The position numbers and the translations under genes are program-made. The notes under the pieces were generated by a model, which was not told the DNA's origin, made no database searches, and was given only the letters and a program-made list of their open reading frames with translations. This document shows, piece by piece, positions 1 to 8,028 of a stretch of 64,000 bases of DNA (its first letter is position 1; every line of letters begins with the position of its first letter). Origin of the DNA: a virus (taxonomy: Duplodnaviria; Caudoviricetes); the IMG/VR virus record IMGVR_UViG_3300010151_000010, positions 1 to 64,000 of that record. The stretch is one strand, 5' to 3'.

Positions 1-1
1 G

Positions 2-94
2 GGCAAAAAAATCAATTGTGAAGATAATTCCCATGAAGAAGGTTGGTCATATTGCGGTAAGAGTGAATGTGTATCATGTGGCGGGGGTTACTGA
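2..94 (+). CDS. 3' end of a small Cys-rich protein (partial)
   Basis: Hand translation GKKINCEDNSHEEGWSYCGKSECVSCGGGY*; open to the window edge. Confidence 0.45.
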   Translation, partial: GKKINCEDNSHEEGWSYCGKSECVSCGGGY

Positions 95-95
95 A

Positions 96-161
96 ATGAC
101 AGCATTCGACAAGGCTTGGATATACTGTGGGTATAGTGAATTAGCCGAAGAGAACTCGTAA
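96..161 (+). CDS. 21-aa micro-ORF or gene remnant beginning MTAFDKAW
   Basis: Hand translation MTAFDKAWIYCGYSELAEENS*; ATG 1 nt after the upstream stop. Confidence 0.35.
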   Translation: MTAFDKAWIYCGYSELAEENS

Positions 162-174
162 GAGAGAGATTGAA

Positions 175-1743
175 ATGCCACAAGTATTCAGCCCCGGTGA
201 AGGAGAGACAAGACCTCTTGACCCCACAGCAGTCGTCTACACCACAGCACAGAAAGTTGCAGACCTACTCGATATGGGGCCGCAAGATGCTGTCGCAGTC
301 AGTGCTGACTCTGAGTCTGATAGAGTATATGTGACGGGCGCCGATTACAGAAATATCGGATTTTCAGTAGGCGATACAATTCTCATTTACAGCGATGCGC
401 AAGCATTGGGAATAGAGAAGACAATTACATCTATTGCCGAAGGAGGGACCAATGGAGTAGCCCTATACTTTACAGGGTCATTCTCAACTTCGGATTACCA
501 AGCGGTAGACGATACATATGTGCAAAATCTGGCATCATTCACCAATGGAAGAACTCGTGGATTAACTAAGGCTAAGGTTGAGGAAGTCATTCTTCGTATG
601 CAGGACCACATAGACAACAGAACTCACAATGCATGGAGACCGTATCTTGTTAATGCGGAATACATCAACTTCGATACTTACAAGCCATATCGTCGTCGAT
701 ACTATACTGACTACGTCGGCACTTCTCCACTTCTCTTCAGAAACGTTCAGCAGATACTTCGATTGGAGTTGTGGCAAGGAGATGACTACCGAGAGATAGG
801 TGCAGCAGAGGCAAGAATCACACTGCCAGACAATGTGCGAGACCTCTCCGGTTCCATAGTCGTTTCACCCGGCAATGGGAGCGTCGGTGTCCTCTCAATC
901 GGCAGTAGCACTGCGAATTGGCGAGCAGACTTCGATAAGGCAACTTCTGCTCAGAATCTGGCTGACCTAATCAATAAAGAAGACAGAGTAGGAAAGACCG
1001 TAGTGGATTTTGCGCCTACATTTATTCTTGAGGGTAATACGGCTAATGTCGCAGTTCACAATGAGTTTCTTGCTTCGGCTAATTCCGATTATGGGACAGG
1101 CATCGTCAAGATAACCAGCATGAGAGATACAAAGGGAGGAGAGAGTTGCACAATCGTTGCCACTGATAGCGACATAGATATTAGTCAGACCAGCAGTTCA
1201 ACGGCTACATTCAGTAATCTCTCTTCTACAACTATTAACGTAGATACTACAAGTGGATTTGCAGAAACGGGTGTTGTCGTCGATGCGAGCGGTGACGTCT
1301 TTCGTTATACAGGGAAAACTGCTACGGCCTTCACCGGATGTGTAATTGTAGTAGGGTCTGCTCTTTCTGATATAGCGGGGATTCTGACTCAACATCAATT
1401 CCAGATAGACCTTCAAGGTGGAAGCACCAGTGGAGACAAAGGCAGACTGAGAGACTGGTGGCTCGACCACGAGATGGGCATCATATACTTCAACAACTCA
1501 TATCCATTCTTTGAGTGGAATGCAATCAAGACATCTTACATCTATGGTGAGCGCTATGTGGATAAAGGCATAGAGGATATCTGCACTAAGTTGGTAGCAA
1601 TTGATTTACTGATGAATGATGACCGTAGCGTTCTCATACCGGAAGGAACACAGAATGTGGACTTGGCATCTAAGATTCAACTCTATCGAGCAGATGTAGA
1701 CCGGGTCTTCACGCGATACATTGAGGTGGTTGTCTTTGGGTGA
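175..1743 (+). CDS. Head-to-tail adaptor (gp6/gp15-like) with inserted beta domains
   Basis: YTTAQKVADLL, EEVILRMQDHIDNRT and C-terminal SYIYG...IEDICTKLVAIDLL resemble adaptor motifs; position upstream of the tail genes. Confidence 0.6.
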   Translation: MPQVFSPGEGETRPLDPTAVVYTTAQKVADLLDMGPQDAVAVSADSESDRVYVTGADYRNIGFSVGDTILIYSDAQALGIEKTITSIAEGGTNGVALYFTGSFSTSDYQAVDDTYVQNLASFTNGRTRGLTKAKVEEVILRMQDHIDNRTHNAWRPYLVNAEYINFDTYKPYRRRYYTDYVGTSPLLFRNVQQILRLELWQGDDYREIGAAEARITLPDNVRDLSGSIVVSPGNGSVGVLSIGSSTANWRADFDKATSAQNLADLINKEDRVGKTVVDFAPTFILEGNTANVAVHNEFLASANSDYGTGIVKITSMRDTKGGESCTIVATDSDIDISQTSSSTATFSNLSSTTINVDTTSGFAETGVVVDASGDVFRYTGKTATAFTGCVIVVGSALSDIAGILTQHQFQIDLQGGSTSGDKGRLRDWWLDHEMGIIYFNNSYPFFEWNAIKTSYIYGERYVDKGIEDICTKLVAIDLLMNDDRSVLIPEGTQNVDLASKIQLYRADVDRVFTRYIEVVVFG

Positions 1744-2041
1744 TGATACCGAAAAAATGGTCTACAATGAGTGGAAAGAAGCGATTGAGAAGGAGTTCAC
1801 TCAAGCAGAGACTCAAGCGGAACTACGTAAGGGCGTTATAGAAGGTTCTACGCAGTATCACGATTTAGTGAAGTCTCAAGAGGAGAATCCTGATATTGTG
1901 GATAGGCGTATGCTAACTGAATCGCCCATATTGACTGAGCAGAAACTTAAGTTCAATGGTAATTCAGTATTACCAGATTGGGACGCTCATGATAAAGCAA
2001 GGAGGAAGAAGAAATGGTTGCCACCTTCAAAGAAGGAATAG
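1721..2041 (+). CDS. Hypothetical protein in the neck region (start uncertain)
   Basis: 106-aa ORF overlapping both neighbours. Confidence 0.55.
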   Translation: MRWLSLGDDTEKMVYNEWKEAIEKEFTQAETQAELRKGVIEGSTQYHDLVKSQEENPDIVDRRMLTESPILTEQKLKFNGNSVLPDWDAHDKARRKKKWLPPSKKE

Positions 2042-2463
2042 ATGTCATTTTGGATGTCCTCAAGGACAATTGGAATAGGGCAAATACGAGCAACTACAAG
2101 CCTATTATCATTGATATAGCCGATGTGACGCCTGAGCGAGGTAAGCGTCTTGACCTTGATAGGTCGGACTATATTCTCGTTTTCGAGACGGCACATAACG
2201 AAGAACTACCTGAGATGCTCTACGATTTTGTCACAACCAGAATCAATATCACGGTGGATATGCGGACTACGAGAAATCGTAGGCAACTTAAGGAGATGGA
2301 AAACGAGTTGAGAAGGTGTATTCACTTGAAGAGAAAGGGCGATGGCGTCAATTTCGATAGGTTAGTATACAAAACACGCACGGATTTGTCCGATAGGAGC
2401 AAGAAATTGTTCAGAATGACCTTCCAGATAGAAGTAGTTATCTTTGCAGAGCCAATCCCATGA
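2014..2463 (+). CDS. Putative tail terminator/completion protein
   Basis: 149 aa; ITVDMRT...E.E.RR pattern and C-terminal beta strand; immediately upstream of the tube gene. Confidence 0.55.
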   Translation: MVATFKEGIDVILDVLKDNWNRANTSNYKPIIIDIADVTPERGKRLDLDRSDYILVFETAHNEELPEMLYDFVTTRINITVDMRTTRNRRQLKEMENELRRCIHLKRKGDGVNFDRLVYKTRTDLSDRSKKLFRMTFQIEVVIFAEPIP

Positions 2464-2477
2464 GGTGAGAGAGAGCC

Positions 2478-4538
2478 ATGCCGTCCACAGTCTACAAGGG
2501 TGATTTAACAGAAGTGACCTTCGGTCACGAGTCTGGCTTGACTTTGAAACATGGTTATGCGGGGTCTAATTTCAAGTTCACAGCATCTTTTGACCCGAAT
2601 GACCCTGCACCCGCTAATGCGCCACATCAGAATCTCACTAAGGATACCAGTGTGATTGTCTTTGATAGCGGTGCGTCGAATACTCCAGTGCATAACGGAA
2701 TCCTTCGTTATCCCAATGGGATGCTTGTGGGTAGTAAAGTGACCTTCTCAATAGCCTCAACCAGTCCTAATTGGAGCACTGATGATGATTATTCTGTAAC
2801 TGGTAGGACATATACCATCATCAAGCAGGAAGTCGCAAATGATACGAACAGCCAAAATAACAACAAGACTGAGATTACAGTCACTCCTGCGTTGAAATCT
2901 GACCATACTACTGCCGACAAAGACTCAAAGACTGGAGATACCATGTATATTCACTCCTTCACTACGCCGACAATAGATGTCAGTATGATTCATAATGATG
3001 CTGCCAATGAATCTGTGGAGCGTGTTCTGACTGACCAATTCGTTGGACTGGTCAGCACCATAGCCCTACCAGAGACTAAAGTTGACCTCAAGCGTTATCA
3101 TGTTGTTGGCCTTGGTCGTGATGTAGCAGTGCAAGTTCCGGGTAGATACCTCAATCAAGGAGGCTCTTTCGAGTGCAACATTCACAATGGTAGATGGTTT
3201 AACTACTGCCTCGGTCAAGAGGTAGTAAAATTACATGCTAACACAAAGGAGACTGGCGGTAACACATACAGTCTTCTTGGTTCAGTTAGTGCAGGCGATA
3301 ATTTCTTGATGTTTGATGGAAACAGTAGTTGGCCTACGATAAATAGCGTGCAACTCGCTCCGGGTGATTACATCATTCTTGACTCTTCGACAGAGATGGT
3401 TGATGTTCAAACATACAGAGATACTGGCGTGGGCACCAGTGTAGACAAGAAAGACGACGCTTGGCCCAATGTAGGAGCCGCACAGATATTCGATAAGGCT
3501 CTCAAAACTGAGGTTAGAAGGATAGCGGCTGTGCAACGAAATGGGGCAGAGTATTCAGTCTGGTTGGACGACTCTCTATTGTATGCCCATGCAAATGATT
3601 TAGTCGTGAAGTTCGCTAAGTATCAAACAGACTCAACTTTCGGCAGTCCTCACAGAGACAGTAGCACTGGCAACCTAACTCAACCCGTCGAGCATCTCTT
3701 CTTCTCTCGAAGCACAATACCATCTTTCTCAATGGAAGTGAGTATCAGAAGGCGCGATGCCGATAGCAATGAGGGAACTACAGATGGTGGAAGTGGCGAT
3801 TCTAAGCAACTTACGCGTGTTTTCCGTGGTTGTAAGGTCAAGGACTTCAGTTTGACCGCTGATACAGATGCTGCTCTAAGACTCACTACAAACTTCGATT
3901 CTGCTCTTTGTTATACCGATACAGGGCGCTTAGAAAGCACAAAAGGAGACAGATACGATACGCACAGGCTCTTTGAGGACACCGCTAATACTGAAGTTGA
4001 ACGGAAGAAGGCAGGTATCGAGAAGGGTACGCAGAAGCCGTTTATGTTCTACAACGGTTCGATAAGCGTAGCAGGAACCACATTAGGGCAGGTAGTATCT
4101 TTCACTTTAAACGGTAAGACTGGAGTTGAGCAATTCTACACTATCAGCGGAGCAAACATAGCAGATGCGGCGACAGACCAAGTGCCTCATGCTGGAACAA
4201 GAAACCCTAAACTCGCTGTGGAAGGTAAGACTGAGTATGACCTTGAGATGGAGATTATCGTGGATGACCCTCTTTTCTACCATAAGGTAAGGAGAGCAGT
4301 AGACCATTTCGACGATACTGATGAGACTGCTCAAACAGATGCAGACATGATACGACTGTCTTTCGTCAAACAGGGCACTGGGGCAGACAGAGAATCTATC
4401 GACATACTAATTGATGACTATTTCATTACGGAGGCACCGCTTCCTATTCCAGAGGATAAGGGGCCAATACGCTCTGCACTCAAGATATTGCCTAAGACCT
4501 TCAAGGTCATTAGCAAGGATACGATACTACACGCGTGA
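2478..4538 (+). CDS. Major tail tube protein with inserted surface domains
   Basis: C-terminal SFSME...FRGCKVKDFSLTAD...FYNGSI...SFTLN...EG..EY tube-like pattern; SD GAGGTGA; synteny. Confidence 0.7.
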   Translation: MPSTVYKGDLTEVTFGHESGLTLKHGYAGSNFKFTASFDPNDPAPANAPHQNLTKDTSVIVFDSGASNTPVHNGILRYPNGMLVGSKVTFSIASTSPNWSTDDDYSVTGRTYTIIKQEVANDTNSQNNNKTEITVTPALKSDHTTADKDSKTGDTMYIHSFTTPTIDVSMIHNDAANESVERVLTDQFVGLVSTIALPETKVDLKRYHVVGLGRDVAVQVPGRYLNQGGSFECNIHNGRWFNYCLGQEVVKLHANTKETGGNTYSLLGSVSAGDNFLMFDGNSSWPTINSVQLAPGDYIILDSSTEMVDVQTYRDTGVGTSVDKKDDAWPNVGAAQIFDKALKTEVRRIAAVQRNGAEYSVWLDDSLLYAHANDLVVKFAKYQTDSTFGSPHRDSSTGNLTQPVEHLFFSRSTIPSFSMEVSIRRRDADSNEGTTDGGSGDSKQLTRVFRGCKVKDFSLTADTDAALRLTTNFDSALCYTDTGRLESTKGDRYDTHRLFEDTANTEVERKKAGIEKGTQKPFMFYNGSISVAGTTLGQVVSFTLNGKTGVEQFYTISGANIADAATDQVPHAGTRNPKLAVEGKTEYDLEMEIIVDDPLFYHKVRRAVDHFDDTDETAQTDADMIRLSFVKQGTGADRESIDILIDDYFITEAPLPIPEDKGPIRSALKILPKTFKVISKDTILHA

Positions 4539-4543
4539 TTACT

Positions 4544-5269
4544 ATGATGCCGTCAGATTTGGAAAGAGTGCAATACTACAATCGTCATACTCATGAGGAG
4601 TATGTCTATTGGCTGCTTGATAGATGTAATGAGCATTTAGAACACTATGGAAAGAAGGTGCCTCTTCAAACTATGATGCTCTTTGTAGGCACGAGAGAAA
4701 GCGTCGATGAGATGGTCTCAAAGAGGCTTGACCGATTTACTCTCGAAGACCCTATCGTGCCTCTCGATACAGAGAAGATTGAGGATTTCAAGCCTAAGCC
4801 TGAGCCAGAAGTGGAGCCTGAGCCTGAAGAGGTCGAAGAGAAGCCTGCATGGGTAGAGGCCGCAGAGGAAGTTCTTGAGGAAGAAGAGGAAGTTCTTGAG
4901 GAAGAAGAGGAAGTTCTTGAGGAAGAAGAGGAAGTTCTTGAGGAAGAGGAAGAGGCTATGATAGTCCCCCCTGAGAGCAACCCATTTGGTGAAGTGGATT
5001 ACCACTCATGGACAGTTCGAGAATTACAGGACGAATGTAGAGAAAGAGGACTTACAATTCGTGGCACCAAGTCAGAAGTCGTTTTGCGTTTGAGGCAACA
5101 CGATGAAGGAATAACAATTACACAGGAAACTGAAAGCGAGACCGAAACCCCCTCGGAAGAGGCTGTTGAGGAAACGTCGGATGCCCCCTCGGAAGAGGCT
5201 GTAACCATGGAAGTGACTGAAAATGACAATAGTGGACAACAAGGAGAATATAGTAGCGAAGAAGAATGA
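4544..5269 (+). CDS. Acidic low-complexity protein with a SAP domain
   Basis: YHSWTVRELQDECRERGLTIRGTKSEVVLRL matches the SAP consensus; Glu-rich repeats; ATG at 4544 preferred to GTG at 4535. Confidence 0.75.
   Translation: MMPSDLERVQYYNRHTHEEYVYWLLDRCNEHLEHYGKKVPLQTMMLFVGTRESVDEMVSKRLDRFTLEDPIVPLDTEKIEDFKPKPEPEVEPEPEEVEEKPAWVEAAEEVLEEEEEVLEEEEEVLEEEEEVLEEEEEAMIVPPESNPFGEVDYHSWTVRELQDECRERGLTIRGTKSEVVLRLRQHDEGITITQETESETETPSEEAVEETSDAPSEEAVTMEVTENDNSGQQGEYSSEEE
4865..4948 (+). repeat. 21-bp coding tandem repeat x4 (EEVLEEE)
   Basis: gaggaagttcttgaggaagaa units at 4865, 4886, 4907 and 4928 (last base of the final unit differs). Confidence 0.95.
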
Positions 5270-5588
5270 ACGAAGACATGAGATTGGCGTAAACCGCGAT
5301 AATCCAGATGAAAAGATGGAGGTGTGGGTGCGCGACATTTCGTTTTTCGACGTTCAAAAAGCCGCCCAGAACCTCTTTCTTGTCGATGGTGACGACGTCA
5401 AACTTGACCTTGAAGGTTATTGGAAATACGCCTTCACCAATTGGATATTGAGAACTAATCCCGAACTCTCACCGGATGACTTAGCCAACGTTAATGCCTA
5501 CGTAGGGCAGCAGTTAGCCGCGCTATTACCAAAGCCAGATGAACTTGCAGAGGTGATGCAGGGGGGTTTTACGAACGCGAACAATTGA
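5223..5588 (+). CDS. Tail assembly chaperone (lambda gpG-like)
   Basis: Lies between tube and tape measure genes; ends at a slippery heptamer. Confidence 0.75.
   Translation: MTIVDNKENIVAKKNERRHEIGVNRDNPDEKMEVWVRDISFFDVQKAAQNLFLVDGDDVKLDLEGYWKYAFTNWILRTNPELSPDDLANVNAYVGQQLAALLPKPDELAEVMQGGFTNANN
5564..5570 (+). promoter_or_regulatory. Programmed -1 ribosomal frameshift site G GGT TTT
   Basis: X XXY YYZ in the frame of the 5223 ORF; the -1 frame reads YEREQLRVQQ into ORF 5585..5863. Confidence 0.85.
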
Positions 5589-5863
5589 GAGTTCAGCAGT
5601 TCCTTAAGAAACGGAAGATAGAATCTATCGAAGATTTTGGACTGCAGGCTCAGTTGTTCGCCTATATCGTGGCGAAACATTACAGCATATCGCTTACAGA
5701 GGTATATCAGATGGATAAGGAGATTTTCACCCAGTCCCTTGCTTGGGCGCTCGCAATCAATGATGAAGAAGACAAGGAAAGGAAAAGACAGCATATGCAA
5801 GACTCTACTGGAAATGAAACCGTGACTCTTGATTATTCATTCTTAGATGGAGAGGATATCTGA
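5585..5863 (+). CDS. Frameshift extension of the tail assembly chaperone (gpT-like)
   Basis: -1 frame relative to the upstream ORF; annotated start is TTG without a clear SD; YIVAKHYSISLTEVYQM is gpT-like. Confidence 0.75.
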   Translation: MRVQQFLKKRKIESIEDFGLQAQLFAYIVAKHYSISLTEVYQMDKEIFTQSLAWALAINDEEDKERKRQHMQDSTGNETVTLDYSFLDGEDI

Positions 5864-6849
5864 TGGCGCTAGGTGCATTACTAAACTCACTTTCTGCAGT
5901 ATCAAGTTCTCTTAGTGGGATAGGCAGTGCTATGAGTGGGCTTGGAGGCATCGCATCGGGTATCGGTGGTGCACTAAAGGGCATCTTCTCTGCTGTAAAA
6001 GGAGTAGCAATCAAGGCATTCACCAAGATTAAGGAGTTTTGGAACGAGCATCTCGCTCCCATTTGGGAGGGATTCAAGAATCTTGTTGCTCCTGTGTTCA
6101 AATTTATTGGGGCTCTTTGGAGAGGACTCGTCAAACTCATGAAAGGGGTTTGGAATGAAATCTTAGTTCCGATATGGGAGATTTTCAAAAATACGTTAGG
6201 GTTCATTTTCAATCTCATAACATTACGGTGGGGGAAAGCCATTGATAATATCAAGAATATCTGGGATATTTTAGTCGGCCGTCTTTCCGCTGTATGGAAC
6301 AAGGTAATCACCCCTATCTGGGGAACTATGAAGAAGGTTGTTGGAGGTGTATTCAACGCTCTTGCTTCTACATGGGGTAAAATCTGGGGAGGTATGAAGA
6401 AGGTTGTCGGAGGTATATTCGACGCTCTTGCTTCTGCATGGGGTAGAGTGATGGGTGTGATGAAGAGCGTTTATGATAAGACGCTTGGTCCGGTATTCTT
6501 GTTCCTCAAAGATGGAGTGGGGGCTATTATTGACGCCTTGATGAACATACTGAAAACGGCTAAGGATATCATAGGTGGCTCATTGGGTAAGGTCTTCAAT
6601 TTTGGTAAATCAATAGTGGGTGGAGGAAAAAATCTCGTTACCGGCGGTGGCGGTGGCGGTGGCGGGAGCACTACAGTAGGTACATCCGTTCAGGGTGGAG
6701 TCACTCAAACATTCAATATGTCAATAGAAATGAGCGGTGTAACAGACCGCTCAGATAAGAGAGCATTGGCTCGTGAAATGAGTGACTTAATTCAAGAGGA
6801 ACTCGCAAGAAACATGGGCGGTGTGACGCAACGTGGTAGGTATGCATAA
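5863..6849 (+). CDS. Short tape measure protein
   Basis: Amphipathic helical repeats with 11/22-residue W/F periodicity; follows the chaperones; Gly-rich linker near the C-terminus. Confidence 0.75.
   Translation: MALGALLNSLSAVSSSLSGIGSAMSGLGGIASGIGGALKGIFSAVKGVAIKAFTKIKEFWNEHLAPIWEGFKNLVAPVFKFIGALWRGLVKLMKGVWNEILVPIWEIFKNTLGFIFNLITLRWGKAIDNIKNIWDILVGRLSAVWNKVITPIWGTMKKVVGGVFNALASTWGKIWGGMKKVVGGIFDALASAWGRVMGVMKSVYDKTLGPVFLFLKDGVGAIIDALMNILKTAKDIIGGSLGKVFNFGKSIVGGGKNLVTGGGGGGGGSTTVGTSVQGGVTQTFNMSIEMSGVTDRSDKRALAREMSDLIQEELARNMGGVTQRGRYA
6316..6447 (+). repeat. 66-bp tandem duplication in the tape measure gene
   Basis: IWGTMKKVVGGVFNALASTWGK and IWGGMKKVVGGIFDALASAWGR, near-identical at DNA level. 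Confidence 0.9.
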
Positions 6850-8024
6850 TGCCTTCTGCTACTCCTATTAGACTCGTGCAAGAGAATGGTAGACTCATTG
6901 AGTTAGATGCTCAAGAGATGGTCCTGACTACAACAAGAAAGGTAGGCGGGTCGCCTATGCCCTTCAGTGGTAGCAAGCGTATAGGATTCGACCTTAACGT
7001 GAACCAAGCGATGATAAACATCAGAGGCATAATAGCCGACGATAGGAGTGCTGGAGCAAGCACGGCAGCATCAGCCGTGATTAACTTCGCAAGAGGCGGT
7101 GGGCTTGGACATAGACACGAAGCATTCGCAACAAGCACTAATCTCACTGCTCTGTTGGGCCAGAAGTTAGAGATAACCGACCTTTCTGGCACCAAGAGAT
7201 ACATCACTTTCACTTCGACGGGTTCTGGTGTCGCAAGGCATAATTCAGGTAATGACGATGTTCTAATCAACCTCTCTGAGGCAGATAGCACCGTTGTCGG
7301 CAATCTCGCCAGTGCTGTTAATACTTGTATCAATGATAGGTTCTCGGCTGCTTTATCGAGCGCAGTTGCACGGACTACAAATCCCGATGGCGATGAAGAT
7401 AATTGGGGCGTTTCCATATCTATGGTAGCGAAAGGAGCAGTTTCCAATAATGGCACGCCGAGATTCATCCCCGATACAGGCGTCACTGGGGGATTCTTTT
7501 CCTCGGAAATCAACCCTTTCTCAGGCGGGTCTACAGGTAAGAAGAAATCGGCAGGCGATAAGGCCATGGACCTCTATGGAATACTCAATAATAGCGTAAC
7601 AAAGGCTGGGAGAGAATTTGTAGGGCTTGCTATGATTATAGGCGGTATTGCTGCTGTTCCAGCCACTGGGGGCTTATCACTTGCTGGCTCACTTGCCGGC
7701 GTAGCAGTTGCGACTACCAAATCCAATGATGAGAACGATTACATCACAGGATTACAGATACCTTACAATTCATCTATCAAAGCGGAGGATGGAGAATTAT
7801 ATACTGCAAGGAACTTTTTCATGCCCACTGGATTATTTGGCGGAGTAAAAGGCTTGGGTAAGACTTCTGAGGGTAACGACTACCCAGCAAGTGTTGCGTT
7901 CGACCAAGGAGATAAGTTCACAGGCATTCAAGGCGCTGTACAAAAATTAGACATTATGTATGATGCCGGAGAGACAGTATACTCGTTCAACATGATATTC
8001 GCCCCAGTGGATAACTTGTTGTGA
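6849..8024 (+). CDS. Putative distal tail/baseplate protein
   Basis: Directly after the tape measure; beta-rich termini; Gly/hydrophobic segment near residues 255-290. Confidence 0.45.
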   Translation: MPSATPIRLVQENGRLIELDAQEMVLTTTRKVGGSPMPFSGSKRIGFDLNVNQAMINIRGIIADDRSAGASTAASAVINFARGGGLGHRHEAFATSTNLTALLGQKLEITDLSGTKRYITFTSTGSGVARHNSGNDDVLINLSEADSTVVGNLASAVNTCINDRFSAALSSAVARTTNPDGDEDNWGVSISMVAKGAVSNNGTPRFIPDTGVTGGFFSSEINPFSGGSTGKKKSAGDKAMDLYGILNNSVTKAGREFVGLAMIIGGIAAVPATGGLSLAGSLAGVAVATTKSNDENDYITGLQIPYNSSIKAEDGELYTARNFFMPTGLFGGVKGLGKTSEGNDYPASVAFDQGDKFTGIQGAVQKLDIMYDAGETVYSFNMIFAPVDNLL

Positions 8025-8028
8025 TGAT

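Noticed and set aside
2478-4538. Contractile tail sheath
   Set aside because: Motifs fit a tube protein; no separate small tube gene or baseplate J-like gene follows
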